Shown here: piece by piece, positions 33,081-46,701 of the stretch
Numbering within the stretch: the stretch's first letter is position 1
Layout of the letters: each line of letters opens with the position of its first letter
Assembly (NCBI RefSeq): GCF_009914755.1
Contig: NC_060928.1
DNA: 64,000 nt
Source of the DNA: the human T2T-CHM13v2.0 reference genome, Homo sapiens
Reading direction: 5' to 3' (one strand)
Notes under the pieces: generated by a model
What the model saw: the letters and a program-made list of their open reading frames with translations, nothing else
Told to the model about the DNA's origin: nothing
Database searches by the model: none
Program-made: the position numbers and the translations under genes

Positions 33081-33299
33081 CCTTCACATCATGAAAACTA
33101 TCCATACATTTTTATTGTGGCTAAGCATAACAAGGGAGAAAGTCCTTCAGAGTACTGAGCCACAGGAAAAGAAGTACATATTTGCAGCCCAAGCTAAAAT
33201 GCCGTGGGTGATCAGAAAAAAATATGCAAGTTAATAATTTAGTTAAAAGTAATACTAAACTAGTAGTGCATCCAGGCAATAAAAAATATAAATTAGAAC

Positions 33300-34825
33300 C
33301 AAGTAAAGAAGGCAAAAGAAGCAAATAAGAAAAAAATACAAATCAACAGAAAATAGAAACAGGCAAGTAAAGTCTTCAGATATTTTAATTATCAGTACAT
33401 TATTAAATAATGTATGCTTAAAATGTGTTAAAATATATTAAAAATGTATGTTTACTGTATCTAAAAGATATGAATTGAGCTTAAAAACATTGACAGGGAA
33501 AGAAATTAGTTTTAAAATGACCTCACATATTTGAGAAAAAAAGAAAAAGCAACTGAACATCTGTTTAAAAAAGAGACGATATGTAATTAAAATATACAGG
33601 TCTAACAATATATTTTTTAATAAGAGAAGGAGTTAAAACTTTCTAAGTTTCATGGATTGTCTAGGAGGATGATTAAGGTATTAATTAATTTTAGAATTTG
33701 GATCATTAAGTATATATGTTGAAATGCCTATAATGCTAAAAAAGATAAATAGTATACTTAATTTCCACAATAGTAAATAGAAAAAAAATTTCAAGGAAAT
33801 GAGCAAATAGGCACATAATAGAAGAAATAGAAAGCAAAAATAATATCAATAATTTATTTTGTAGCTATGATGAAGACAGTGTATCATTGGTGGAATAATA
33901 GTCACTGGAATAATAAAACCAGTAAATGATAAAATCAATTATTTTAATATATTATAATTATAATATATTATACATATATTGTGATACATTGATATATTAT
34001 AATAAAATCAATATATCACCTATGAATGGACCCTGGATATAAGACATAATTGGTCCTGTCAAATGTAGGCAAAAATGAAGAACAGAATAATTTATGATGG
34101 ATAGTGTTGCTATGCTCATGAATTTTTCATACTCATTAAAAGCAAAAAATGAAATTGACCTATATATTAAATCTCAAAATAATTCAAGGTCAATCAGACT
34201 CAAATGTGACAAAAATGTGTATTTTTGAAAAAAATTTAAATTGGGATCAAAAAGAATTTCTAAAACTAGGCATAAACCAGTTTTCATAATCGAGGAGACT
34301 GATAATTTTGACTACTAGAAAATTAAAACCATTGTTTTCAGAAAATTCCACAAACAAACAGGGCAAAAAAACAAAGTATAAAGTCAGAGAATATGAATTT
34401 CCTACTTATTGGTAAAGCACAAAATATCTCTAAAAAATATAAATTTGTAATCAAAATGGCAAATAAACAATTAAAATTATAGTTGACTCCAATAGTAATA
34501 GATGAAAAGTAAATTTAAGGCACAATTATTAATAAAACTATTACACAACAAAACAGAAAGTCAAATACTTTAAAAAAAAACTTTCCAAATGATAACTTTC
34601 ATATAGTGATAGGAGGTATATATATTGTTAGAATCACATTGGGAAAGATTTTGATATCATCTAGAGAATTTAAAAGTGCACAAATACTTTAACAGAGCAA
34701 TTTTACATCTAGGTACATAACCTAGAGAAAATTCTGCACTTATATCTTCCAGAAGACATATTTAGTCATAACTGTAGCATAATATAATGGTATGTCATAT
34801 AACAGTTCATATAAATAAATCAAAG

Positions 34826-34856
<31 letters not shown>

Positions 34857-35130
34857 AGTCATACAACAAACATAATTTTAAGAAAAAAAAAGTCACAAAA
34901 GATCAAAAACAGCCTGAACTAAAATATATCATTTAGAAGTTCGTATATCAGTAGTAGAACTATTAAAAAAAAAATCAACAATGCCAACGCAGTAGATTCA
35001 TTGGCAGAGGAAGGAAGAGGATGTGATTAGGCAGAGAACATAGGGAGTTACAAATGTCCTTTTCATGTCCTGGTTTTTGCTTTATGAACATATAGGCTTT
35101 ATATACTCTATTGCATGTATACAAAAATAA
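33300..35130 (+). mobile_element. Ancient L1ME-type fragments
   Basis: A-skewed L1 ORF2/3'UTR wording (gcaattttacatctaggtacataacctagaga). Confidence 0.5.
34828..34856. repeat. (CA)n microsatellite
   Basis: Direct reading. Confidence 0.9.
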
Positions 35131-35695
35131 ATCCTTCTATTTTTAAAATTTCCTGCTCTATAAGATAAACTACACACTCCTAAACTTGTCAAATGAGGCC
35201 CTTCAAAATCTAACCTTATGCCACCTTTTAAATCTCATCTCTCAACTTTCTGTTAAAAGATTTCTGTTTCTAACATATAAGATAATCCAAAAACTTTCTC
35301 ACTTTTCTGACTTTGACCTTCACCCTTATTCTGACTACCATTTCCCCCTTTAGTTTTTCATTAAATGAACAAAACCTTCATGGTAAAAACAAATATACAC
35401 TATTATTCTTGTTTTCTCTGAAACTTCAAATCAAAATTAACTTTGCCTGTTTTCATGGTAGTTTTTATATTCTTCTATGATAACATTTATTGCATTATAT
35501 TTATTTATCTCCTTACATGTCTGTCTTCAAGAGCAAGACATACTACTGACCTTGTATTCATGTTACAGTATTCTTTGTCTTCCTGAATCATATAGAATCG
35601 TGTGTTACTTTTTAGATCGATCAGCTTTGGAATTATCTTTCTGTTGAAATGTGAGTCCCTATATAAATTTTAAACCTCACTGATGGCTGCTTTGA

Positions 35696-36014
<319 letters not shown>

Positions 36015-36749
36015 TGAGTTGTGTATTCTATTGTATGTCGATATCAGCATGTGTTCATGTGTCTTTGTGTGTAATGTAGGGGTTCAAATGCAATAAATGT
36101 GTATGTTGTGCAGGTGCATTGCTGTTTATGTTCTTTTGAATGTGGGTAGGTAAAGAAAATTGTGTAGATAAAATTCAGTATGCTCAAGGTAGAACTTTCG
36201 TAGATCTAGCCTACTGAACTGGAGAATTATCAGTTTTGCACCAATTTGTTGGCTTCGCTGCTCATTGTAACTATTGTAAATGCTCTATTATACATAGACC
36301 TGAAACTGGGCATTACATTTTATTTTATCCACCCTTGAGAAGGGAAATTAAAAGGAAAATGAGAACTGTAATAACATTGGATTTCTTATTATGTTTATGG
36401 ACCTAAAAACTTGTGGCAAATTCTATGAAAATTTTACCAGTCTATGATTACGTGAAAAATAAAAGTTAAATCAAAAAAGTGAAATTGATATGATACTTTG
36501 TATTAATTAATGTATTTATACTAGTAGAGGAAATTATCACATTAAAGACAAAAGTTCTGCTAAACAAACATATCGTTTTACATAATCTCTGCACAGATGT
36601 AACACATTAAATCTTTACCTTTTAGAAAAATTTTGTTGAAATATTCTGCACTTATTTCTAAGGAGAAAAGCTGAATGCCTTTCAAAAAAATTGGTCTTAC
36701 TCTAGTTTACTTCTGTTATTTTTTCATGTACAAAATTAACATTGCTATG

Positions 36750-37073
<324 letters not shown>

Positions 37074-38150
37074 TTAAAAACATACAATTTTGGAATGCTA
37101 AGCAAAATTTAGTATCAAGTTGTAAAACATTTCACCTTATGTTTCCTAGATTCTTTCTGTGGTAACTGTACATGTTTTTCACCATTGATTATGAAACAAA
37201 TCCCATCCTCCCCAAAACAACATCTGCTGAAACAGATTTGTCTGTAGAGAAGGTTTCCAGATCTGAATTGTACTGTTCAAACCATTGTCAGTATTCAACT
37301 AATAGCTACTTCCATTTTGGGGGCTGTATTTAAGCATTCATTCTTGATTCAAGTTGTCTTGTTCCAAATACAGAAGTTAATTTTTAGATATCCTGGCTAA
37401 CTTTCAAGTCAAACTTATCATAGTCTACTGCCCAATTCTAGAATTCACCTCTGACCACTTAGGTCCTTTGTACTTAACATGACTTAGCAACTATAAAACT
37501 TATTTGCTCTTGTTCCTTCACATATGTTTCATATGCCAATTGACTATGAGCTCTCTTGAAATAAGTGACTATTTTATTCCTGATTATTTCCTCAATGTTT
37601 ATCCTCCTGCCTGTGAAAAATGTTCAATAAAAGTTAAATGAATATATGAATTAATATTATGATGGAATAAGATGATTATAACCAGAAATATCAATGAGAC
37701 TTGAGGATTGAAAACTTGCAGTAATTTATTTTAGGACCATGTCAACTAACTTTATTAATATGTTCATTTTTATTTCATGTTGTACAATGACCACAACAAT
37801 ATGAGAAAGGTGGCAAATGCCACTGCAAAAAAGGTTATGGTTTAATTTTATTTAGAGAAAATCTAATAGGTTATCTGAATAATCATATAAGTTATTAAAT
37901 GTAACATAACCTTTATCGAATCATCTATTTTCTTTTAGTGAAAAAGGCATATTTTTGGATAACTGTTTTATAACATGCTCATTTTTAGATAAAACTCTTT
38001 GTTCTTTTATTTTTATTTCACGTGATATCAATGCATAAAAATATTGCAAACAGCTTGCATTTCTCTGTGCTCTGAAGTCAGCAATTTGAGCAGCAAATGG
38101 GAAATTACGTTTTGTATAGACTTCTGAAATTTTCTATGCTGAATAATACT

Positions 38151-38550
38151 TCTATTAGTTTGCAGGGGCTGCCACAGCAAAATACCACAGTCTGGGTGGC
38201 TTAAAAAACATTAGTTTATTTTCTCACAGTTCTTGGGGCTAGAAGTCTGAGATCAGGGTGTCAGCAGGTGTGACTTCTCCTGAAGCCTCTCTCTTTAGCT
38301 TGCACATGGCTGCCTTCTTGCTGTGTTCTCCCATGGCTTTTTCTCGTGTGCGTTTCTCTGTGGTTCCTCTCTCTGCCCTAATTTCCTTTTCTTATACAGA
38401 CACTAGTTAGACTGGATTAGGACCCACACTAACGGCTTAATTTTTACTTTATCTCCTCTTTTAAGGGTCTGTCTCCAAATACAGTCACATACATTCTGAG
38501 GAACTGACGGTAGGGCTTCAACATATGAAATTTGGGGTAAGGAGGTTGTA
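38151..38550 (-). mobile_element. MLT1A-type MaLR solo LTR
   Basis: tattagttt..gggctgcc..aaataccacagtctgggtggctt...gggcttcaacatatgaa. Confidence 0.85.
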
Positions 38551-38744
38551 CATAAACATATAAATATAAACATTTGAGTAAAATAGACACAGTTGCCTTT
38601 AAACTAGATTTTATTTCAGTATGCAAAATGTAAATATAAGTATGTTTTTAAGATTATTCTAAAATTTCCTATAGTCCTAAATATATATATATATGTATGT
38701 ATATATATATACACACACACACACATATATAAACTCATGTACTA

Positions 38745-39050
38745 CAGAGCAATTATGGACCGCATGTACAACAGTGGCTTAAACTATACTTTTTCTATGT
38801 TTGGATATGTTTAGATACACAAACATTGTACTACATTTGCCGTTTCATTGTATTACAATTGCTTACAGTATTCAGCATTCAGCAACAGGTTTGTAGCCTA
38901 GGAGCCATAGGCTATACCATATAGCTTCAGTGTGTAGTAGGCTATACCATGTAGGTTTGTGTCAGTACATTCTATGATGTTTGCACAAGATGAAATTGCA
39001 TAACAATGCATTTCTGAGAACATATCCCATCCTTAAGCAATGCATGATTG
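38745..39050. mobile_element. Tigger3a/MER7A-like DNA transposon
   Basis: aggtttgtagcctaggagc.ataggctataccat core; right terminus ttaagcaatgcatgattg followed by TA. Confidence 0.8.
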
Positions 39051-39659
39051 TATATACATACATATGTATATATGTACGATTAATAGCATATGCAATCACT
39101 AGTGATTATTTACAAATTGAATATTTTCTTGAATTTAAAAATCAAATGTTTAACTATATAATTATAATTTATAATTAATCCTTTTTCATCCTTTTCAGTA
39201 ATTAACAAGGCAGAAAAAGAATAAGATAATTATTATAATAACATCTATGTCTGCTTTTAAAGCATGTTGAATTCTATTTAAATATATTTTTAAAACTGAT
39301 ATGTCATAGTGTCATCCACCTTAGAATGATATATTTCTAAGATTCCCTAAAATAATTTCTACTAATGTCTCTTCAATGTATAAGAAAAAGATAAAATTTC
39401 TTTCAAAAACTGTGTCTGAACAGTAAATGTACTTCTAGAATTCAGAAGAAATTTTGACTCATTTCAATCCATACAAATTGATTGAATATGAAGTTAATGG
39501 GCACCAAGAAATGACAAGTCAGTGTAACTTTACAGTAGATGGAAAAGTTTCTTACCTCTGCTCCTAGATGCAGAAACTTTTTTTTTTCTCTATCTCTCAT
39601 CTGCTTCTCTTCCCCACTCCATCTTCCTCTCCCTTTCTCTGTCTTTCTGCATGCAGTCA

Positions 39660-40022
<363 letters not shown>

Positions 40023-40582
40023 CTACCACACAAGTGTGAAGACAAGAAAAATAGTAGAACCAGTCTATACTTAGGTACTGGATATTTTACTTGTTTTTAT
40101 TATTTGTAGTAAAATGTGTTCAACTCCTTTGAAATCACCTTGTGTTTTGCTTTTCTCCTTTTCTATTTTTATTTTTCTTTCTTTCTCTTTATCTGCATTG
40201 GAACAGTCAATAACTTCGTGCTGGGGATTGTAAGGATCGGTGATTTTACTTAGTAAGTAAAGCAAATACTTTTTTCTCAAATAGATGAAATGCAGGGAAT
40301 TAGAAGAGTGTCTTTTTTGCTTTTATAGTTGGATGTACCAATTTCATATTCTTAAAGATTGTTTTACATTCTGGGCTTTCAAAAAGCATGAGTTGTGTGG
40401 CAAAGAATAAATAATTTTTCTATTCCTGAAGGTTAACTAATTATTTATTAGAAAGTCAGAAACATGTAGGCAAGGGAATATTTGAGAAAGTGATATGAAA
40501 TTAATAATAAGTGGTATAAAGTTAATAAAGTTTATATTAGAGTTTACTTTGAGCTAATCCTGTATTTATTTGTTGGTTTCCT

Positions 40583-40847
40583 TAAGACAGAGTCTCACTC
40601 TGCTGCCCAGGCTGGAGTGCAATGGCGCAATCTTGGCATCTTGGCTCACTGCAACCACTGCCTCCCAGATTCAAGTGATTCTCCTGCCTCGGCCTCCTGA
40701 GTAGCTGGGAATACAGGTGTCTGCCATCATGCCCTGCTAATTTTTGTATTTTTTTTTTTTTTTTTTTTTTAGTAGAGATGGGGTTTCGCCACGTTGGCCA
40801 GGCTGGTCTTGAGCTCCTGACCTCAGGTGATCCACCTGCCTCAGCCT
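40583..40847 (-). mobile_element. AluS, 5'-truncated, with expanded central T-tract
   Basis: Antisense Alu lacking about 35 5' bases; T22 at 40749-40770. Confidence 0.9.
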
Positions 40848-40904
40848 ATCAGTGTATCGTGAGATGCTATACTGCTATTGTCAGAAGTAATTAATTCCAA
40901 CACA

Positions 40905-41241
<337 letters not shown>

Positions 41242-41974
41242 TAAGACCTAAACACACAATAGATATCAACAATATTAGTTAAAACTCTTCAAGTAAGTGA
41301 ATCCATTGTTTATCATATTATATTAAAACACTTATAAATGTGGTCGGTCGTTTTTGTACTAATTGTCCTAAAGTGCCCTAGGCATTTTGCTAATAAAATT
41401 TGTAGCTTGTTTGATATGTTTGGGCATAGAGTAAGTGAAATTATTTTCTCCACACTTAAGTGCATGAAGTAACACTTAAGATGGTATATTAGGATATCAA
41501 TTTATAATGCCCCTTATACAAAATTACGGCTGTTTACAGTAAATATTTCCATTTTTATAGTTTTTTTCTTACTAAATGATTGAAAGTCAATATGCAAGCC
41601 CATATGAGAAAGTTAGCTCACAACTTAAATTGAAGAAATATATCCAAGGATTAAAAATCAAATATGTTCACCAGATTCTAATACATTAGATTTGTCCTTA
41701 AGTATTATTAAAACTTTTTAGAGTATATTAAGTAAAAGTATTATTCCTTACAATTTATTTTCATGCCTATGACAGGTTATTCCGACATGTGTCAATAAGT
41801 ACTAATAATATACTTTAAACTTCGTACTTTATGACTTCAGTACAAATCTTTTCAATAAAATATACTTTATAATTCAGACCTGTCATATACAGAGTAAAAT
41901 TTTAATAGAAGCTAGAATATTTGTGGTTATGTTTATAATATTTTATGTGTTTATACACTGCATTTTCTCACTTT

Positions 41975-42365
41975 TTCATAGGATCTGAAAATCATATCAA
42001 TTGAGCTCATGGACATAGACAGTAGGCTGGTTACCACAGTCCAGGAAGGGTAGTTGGGGGTTGTGGGGGAGGTGGGATGGTTAATGGGTACAAAAAAATT
42101 AGAAAGAATGAATAGACCTACTACTTAATAGCACAATAGGGTGACTATAGTCAATAATAATTATACATTTTTAAATAACTTAAATAATGTAATTGGATTA
42201 TTTGTAACTCAAAGGATAAATGCTTGAGGGGATGGATACCCTTTCTCCATGATGTACTTATTTCACATCGCATGCCTATATCAAAACATCTTTTGTACCC
42301 CATAAATATATACACCTACTATGTACCCACAAAAATGTTTACAAATACAAAAATTTTTTTTAAAG
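41975..42365 (+). mobile_element. L1MA1-3-like 3' end
   Basis: tcatggacatagacagtagg..ggttacca, gcacaatagggtgactatagtcaataataa, gcttgaggggatggatacc. Confidence 0.8.
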
Positions 42366-42611
42366 AAAAGATAATCTTGTGATGGTAAAAATAAAAATAA
42401 AAAATGTTGTTTACCATGATTTATGACATGTTAAGGCATGAATCCAGAAACAAAAACAAAAACAAAAAGAGCTTATTTTCTTATTTACATTACTGTTTTT
42501 TCTCAGCATTAACAGGAAATGTTTTAACTACTATAAGTAATTTATTTAAGAAGGCTAATATTCTATATTCTAAAACAAATAGAATAAGATTATTTCCTAA
42601 ATTATGTTGTC

Positions 42612-42830
42612 ACACACTGAGTATTCATGGGCATAAACAAGGGAACAATAGACACCAGGGCCTACTTGAGGGTGGATGGTGGAGGAGGGTGAGGATTAAA
42701 AAAACTCTCAGGTACTATGCTTATTACCTGGGTGACAAAATAATTGGTATACGAAACCCTCAAGACATTCAGTTTACCTATATAACAAAACTGCACAGGT
42801 ACTCCTGAACCTAAATAAAAGTTAAAAACA
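42612..42830 (+). mobile_element. Old L1PA/L1PB 3' end
   Basis: aacaatagacacc.gggcctacttgagggtgga, tacctgggtgac, ctgaacctaaataaaagtt. Confidence 0.8.
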
Positions 42831-43119
42831 TAAACTAATAAATATATTATCATAGTTAGTTAAAAACTAGTGAATGTCATAAAATAAATAGTTGATAGTT
42901 ATATATTAGATACTAATTATGTAAACAGCAGTCTTAGACATGCATTTTTCTAAACTGCCAGAAATATGTAAAAATTTAACAATATGCACAGTAGTGAATT
43001 TCTATACCCATTCCTTCATTCATTTATTCATTCCTCTTTCATCAATTTCTTAGTGAGTGTCAATAATGAGATGCACAGTTGTGTAATGAAAAGAACATTT
43101 ATTCAAAGTCAGGCATATG

Positions 43120-43270
43120 TTTTCAATTTGAACTTCAGTGTGATTATCTGTATACATGAAAAATACGACAGCTCACACTTAGCTTTAGAGACGAAATGGG
43201 TTATATAAAAGGATTTAGTAGAGTGCAAGGCATGTGGAAGGCATCTGTGGGAATTTAATCTTTAATCATT
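43120..43270 (+). mobile_element. MIR fragment
   Basis: Degraded MIR 3' half. Confidence 0.45.
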
Positions 43271-45164
43271 ATTATTTGTGTGTGCAAAGTCCCATTATTG
43301 TCTCTGGTCTAGTGTGCTTGCTTTTACATGTATACTATATACAGAAAATGTCTTAATGTTGATACCTAGATTCCTGTGGTAATATAATTAAAGTTACAGG
43401 CACTGAACTTGGTTTAATTAGTTATATGAACTACCTTAAAGAAGCTACTATTCAATTTAGAAAAAGCAGCATTTGCCATTGAAGCTGTTAATATGCTTAG
43501 ATATTCTACGGTAACTTGCTTCAGACTAGTCAGGTAAGTGTTGGGATTTATAAGTTTCATGTTTGGAGACTGTAGGAATTCATACCACTGTGAGGAGTAA
43601 GATTCCTGTAACTCTAGACTGGATAGGGACTAATGAATCTTTTCATTCATTTATGAAAGTTCATGGTTTCTAATGCTGCATTAATTCAGCAAATATTTAC
43701 ATCATTAGAGAATATACTTTGTGTATTATCTAAAGCTAGTTTATTTAAACTTTAATATTTAGAGGACTGAAATTATGTTTTACTTCATTTATGGTGATTA
43801 CATACATAAACCAGAAAGCCATGATGCTAAAAGGAAGAAATTAAAGCTAACCTTCATCTACTTTGAAATGTACAATGAAAATATTTTGGAGAACAGAGAG
43901 CTTTCTCTCCTTATTAATCTTTCAAAACTGAGCAGTATCCAAATCTATTAAATGATTTGTATTATATCTCTCTTAAAATATTAGTCCATCATTTTATGCC
44001 TATGACAGTTGATTCAATCACCTGGTCAACGCAATCATTTTATTTTATGTCTGCTGTAGCTTTTAAGAGTGGAAAGGTTCTGGTATTATTTGTGGAAAGG
44101 CAGTTTGGAGGAATAAATATCAAACTGTTGCTTTTACAGGATCAATGTTCTTTATAATTGCTACTGGCATTAACAGTCATCTCTGAAACTACTAGAAAAC
44201 CGGCTGATGGATTGGTATGCAGAACAATCAAAAGAGCCACTGGAGATAATGACATTCTTTATTGGGAATTGCCTGAAGAAGATTTCCCTTTTAGCAAGAC
44301 GACTACCATATAGGGTTAGAAAGTGTAGAAAGGGTTTTCCTTTCCTTTTTGGCCTAAGGCAAAACTATAAGCTCAAATGGGCTTTGTCCTTTGCAAGATG
44401 TTTGCTTTCTTCAGCAATTCTTAGTTTAATGGGCATAACAAGAAGAACAGGATTCTATTGCATGAAACAGCAGGTCAGCATTTGCTCCTGCTTTGACTGC
44501 TGTTGAAAAAAATCAAATTTTCTTGCACACAACAGTTAAAATATTTCCTTTTACCAAGTATGTTATTTGGTGTTTTACAAGGCTTATAACAAGTAACAGG
44601 ATTAGAATTTTTTCTTTTTTAGTACACACTGTCTTCAATTCCCTTTCACACATTCATGTGAGTGTAATGCGACAGTATAAATCAATCAATGTTTTTATAA
44701 CTATGCTACATGAACCTAAATGACTCCTGGCTTTATCTCTTTTTTACATCATTTGTATTTTTTGGTAGGCATTTCATTTAGTTTTTGGCCTAATTTGATG
44801 AAAAATTATGTCAATAAAATATAAGAATTACACAAATCGCAAACTCCAAAATTTTACCAAGCCACACATTGCTTAGAATTTCTTATCACTCCAAATGGAA
44901 ATTTGTTCCCTTCATCTCTTCTTTTCTATACCTATTGCCTATTGATGATCTATTGCCTGAGATGTCTTCAAATCTATACTATTGTATCACTCTTCTTGTC
45001 TTCCAACAGGTGAATCAGGGTTTGTGATGATAAAACTGACCTTGATTTGAGTGAAAAAAAAAAAGACAATAACCCAATGCTATATAGCTCAATGCTATTA
45101 TCAGTTCTGAATCAATTCCTTTTTTTTTCCTGCACACACACATACATTCACACAAGACCCCAGC

Positions 45165-45430
45165 TAGTACTCTATGACAATGCTACCCTATGTAAATATA
45201 AGACACAAATGAGAGCCACATATTTAATTTTAAAATGTTTACTAGCCAAATTAGAAAAAAAAACAAACAGAAATAAGTAAAATTAATTTTAAGATTATAT
45301 TATTGAAACCAATAGATGCAAAACATTATCATTTCAAAATGTAATTAATATGGAAAATTAAAGTGATATTTTTACATTATTTTTCCATACTGAATCTTCA
45401 AAATGTAATGTGTATTTTATACTTTAATTA
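45165..45430. mobile_element. MER33-like hAT-Charlie DNA transposon
   Basis: atgagagccacatat.taattttaaaat.tttactagcca..tt.aaaaa and atactgaatcttcaaaat motifs. Confidence 0.65.
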
Positions 45431-46579
45431 TTGCTGGGGCATATATGTGGGAAGTGGAGAGCTGGCAAGACTGACTTCGCTTGAGGATGTCTGATGAGCA
45501 GGCAACTTTGGCCCTGCCCATTTTCTGAGTATAATTGTTCTGCATACCTATAAATTCTATAAACTATCTGCTGCCCATTCAATAAATTATTTTTTCTTTA
45601 GTTTTTTTTTTTAGTTTTATTTACAGGTGCTTTGCAACCAAGAACCCTGATTAATATAAATTTGTATCTCTTTCCCCAGCTCCTTTTCCTCTGCATACAT
45701 TTAAACCATCCTTAATAAGCAAAATCATTATTAGTTTGTTCTAAATAAATTGCACTCAGCCATGCTTATCAAATTAACAGCCTAATTAACTGGATATACT
45801 GCTGTAAGTTTAATATATGAATTGAGCTGTAATGGAATGTTTAAGGCTCTATTTTTAACCTTAGTACTTCTCAATCTTCTTTTCTCTCCCAAGCAAAATT
45901 CTTTTGATATTACCACATAAGTATTGCTCTTTCCAGTCTCTTATTTCTTTTATATTACTTTGACTTAATTTTTCATGTGCATAATGGCAAAAAGATACAA
46001 TGAATCTCCCTTTTCAAAGACATTCTTTATATAGTGTTGGTAATGATCTTGCAAATAGAAAGCTATTTCTGGATATACCTTGTTCAAAACTATTTAAAGC
46101 CAATTTTCCCCCTGCAACTCCCACAAATTTTAGGATAATTTACAAGATCTTTATATTGCTTTTCAAAATTAGAACGCCTGCATTCATATCTAGAATCATT
46201 TCCAGGTGACCCTCATTTTAAAAATGGCAGCATAGGACCCTTTTGACATGACAGTATAAGACACGTTCTTCACACACTTACTGCTGAGTTAGACATTCCT
46301 TTAAAATATTTCCACAATACCTATATCTCAGCATTTCAGAATTTATTATAATGTATTATAATCCTTCATTCATTTTATGTTTCTATCCTGTATACTCTAA
46401 AATTTCCGTAGAACAGACAATAAATATTTATTGAATAAATGGAAACAAATAGGCACATCATCAATATAACGGAATTTAATAAAAATATATGTATTTGTTT
46501 TAAACTTGTTACTGATAATTGTTCAGCTCTAAGGTAATTTGTTGTGGGAAAAAAACTTGCAACTTTGATATTGAACCTA

Positions 46580-46695
46580 CATTAGAATACTTGTTTTGCC
46601 ACTGAGGAGCTGTGTAACTTCAGTGAAGTTATGTAACATATCTGAGGCTGAATTCCTTTTATTCTATAATGGAGGTAAGAATACCTGTTATGCAG
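46580..46695 (+). mobile_element. MIR
   Basis: gccact..agctgtgtaactt..gaagttatgtaac.tatctgag core. Confidence 0.6.
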
Positions 46696-46701
46696 TTCTG
46701 A

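Noticed and set aside
43531-43540. Consensus donor CAG|GTAAGT, and similar isolated donors at 1121 (+) and about 39555 (-)
   Set aside because: No convincing acceptor at exon distance; isolated donors are common by chance
44207-44723. 99- and 76-aa ORFs
   Set aside because: No recognisable domain; composition fits non-coding DNA
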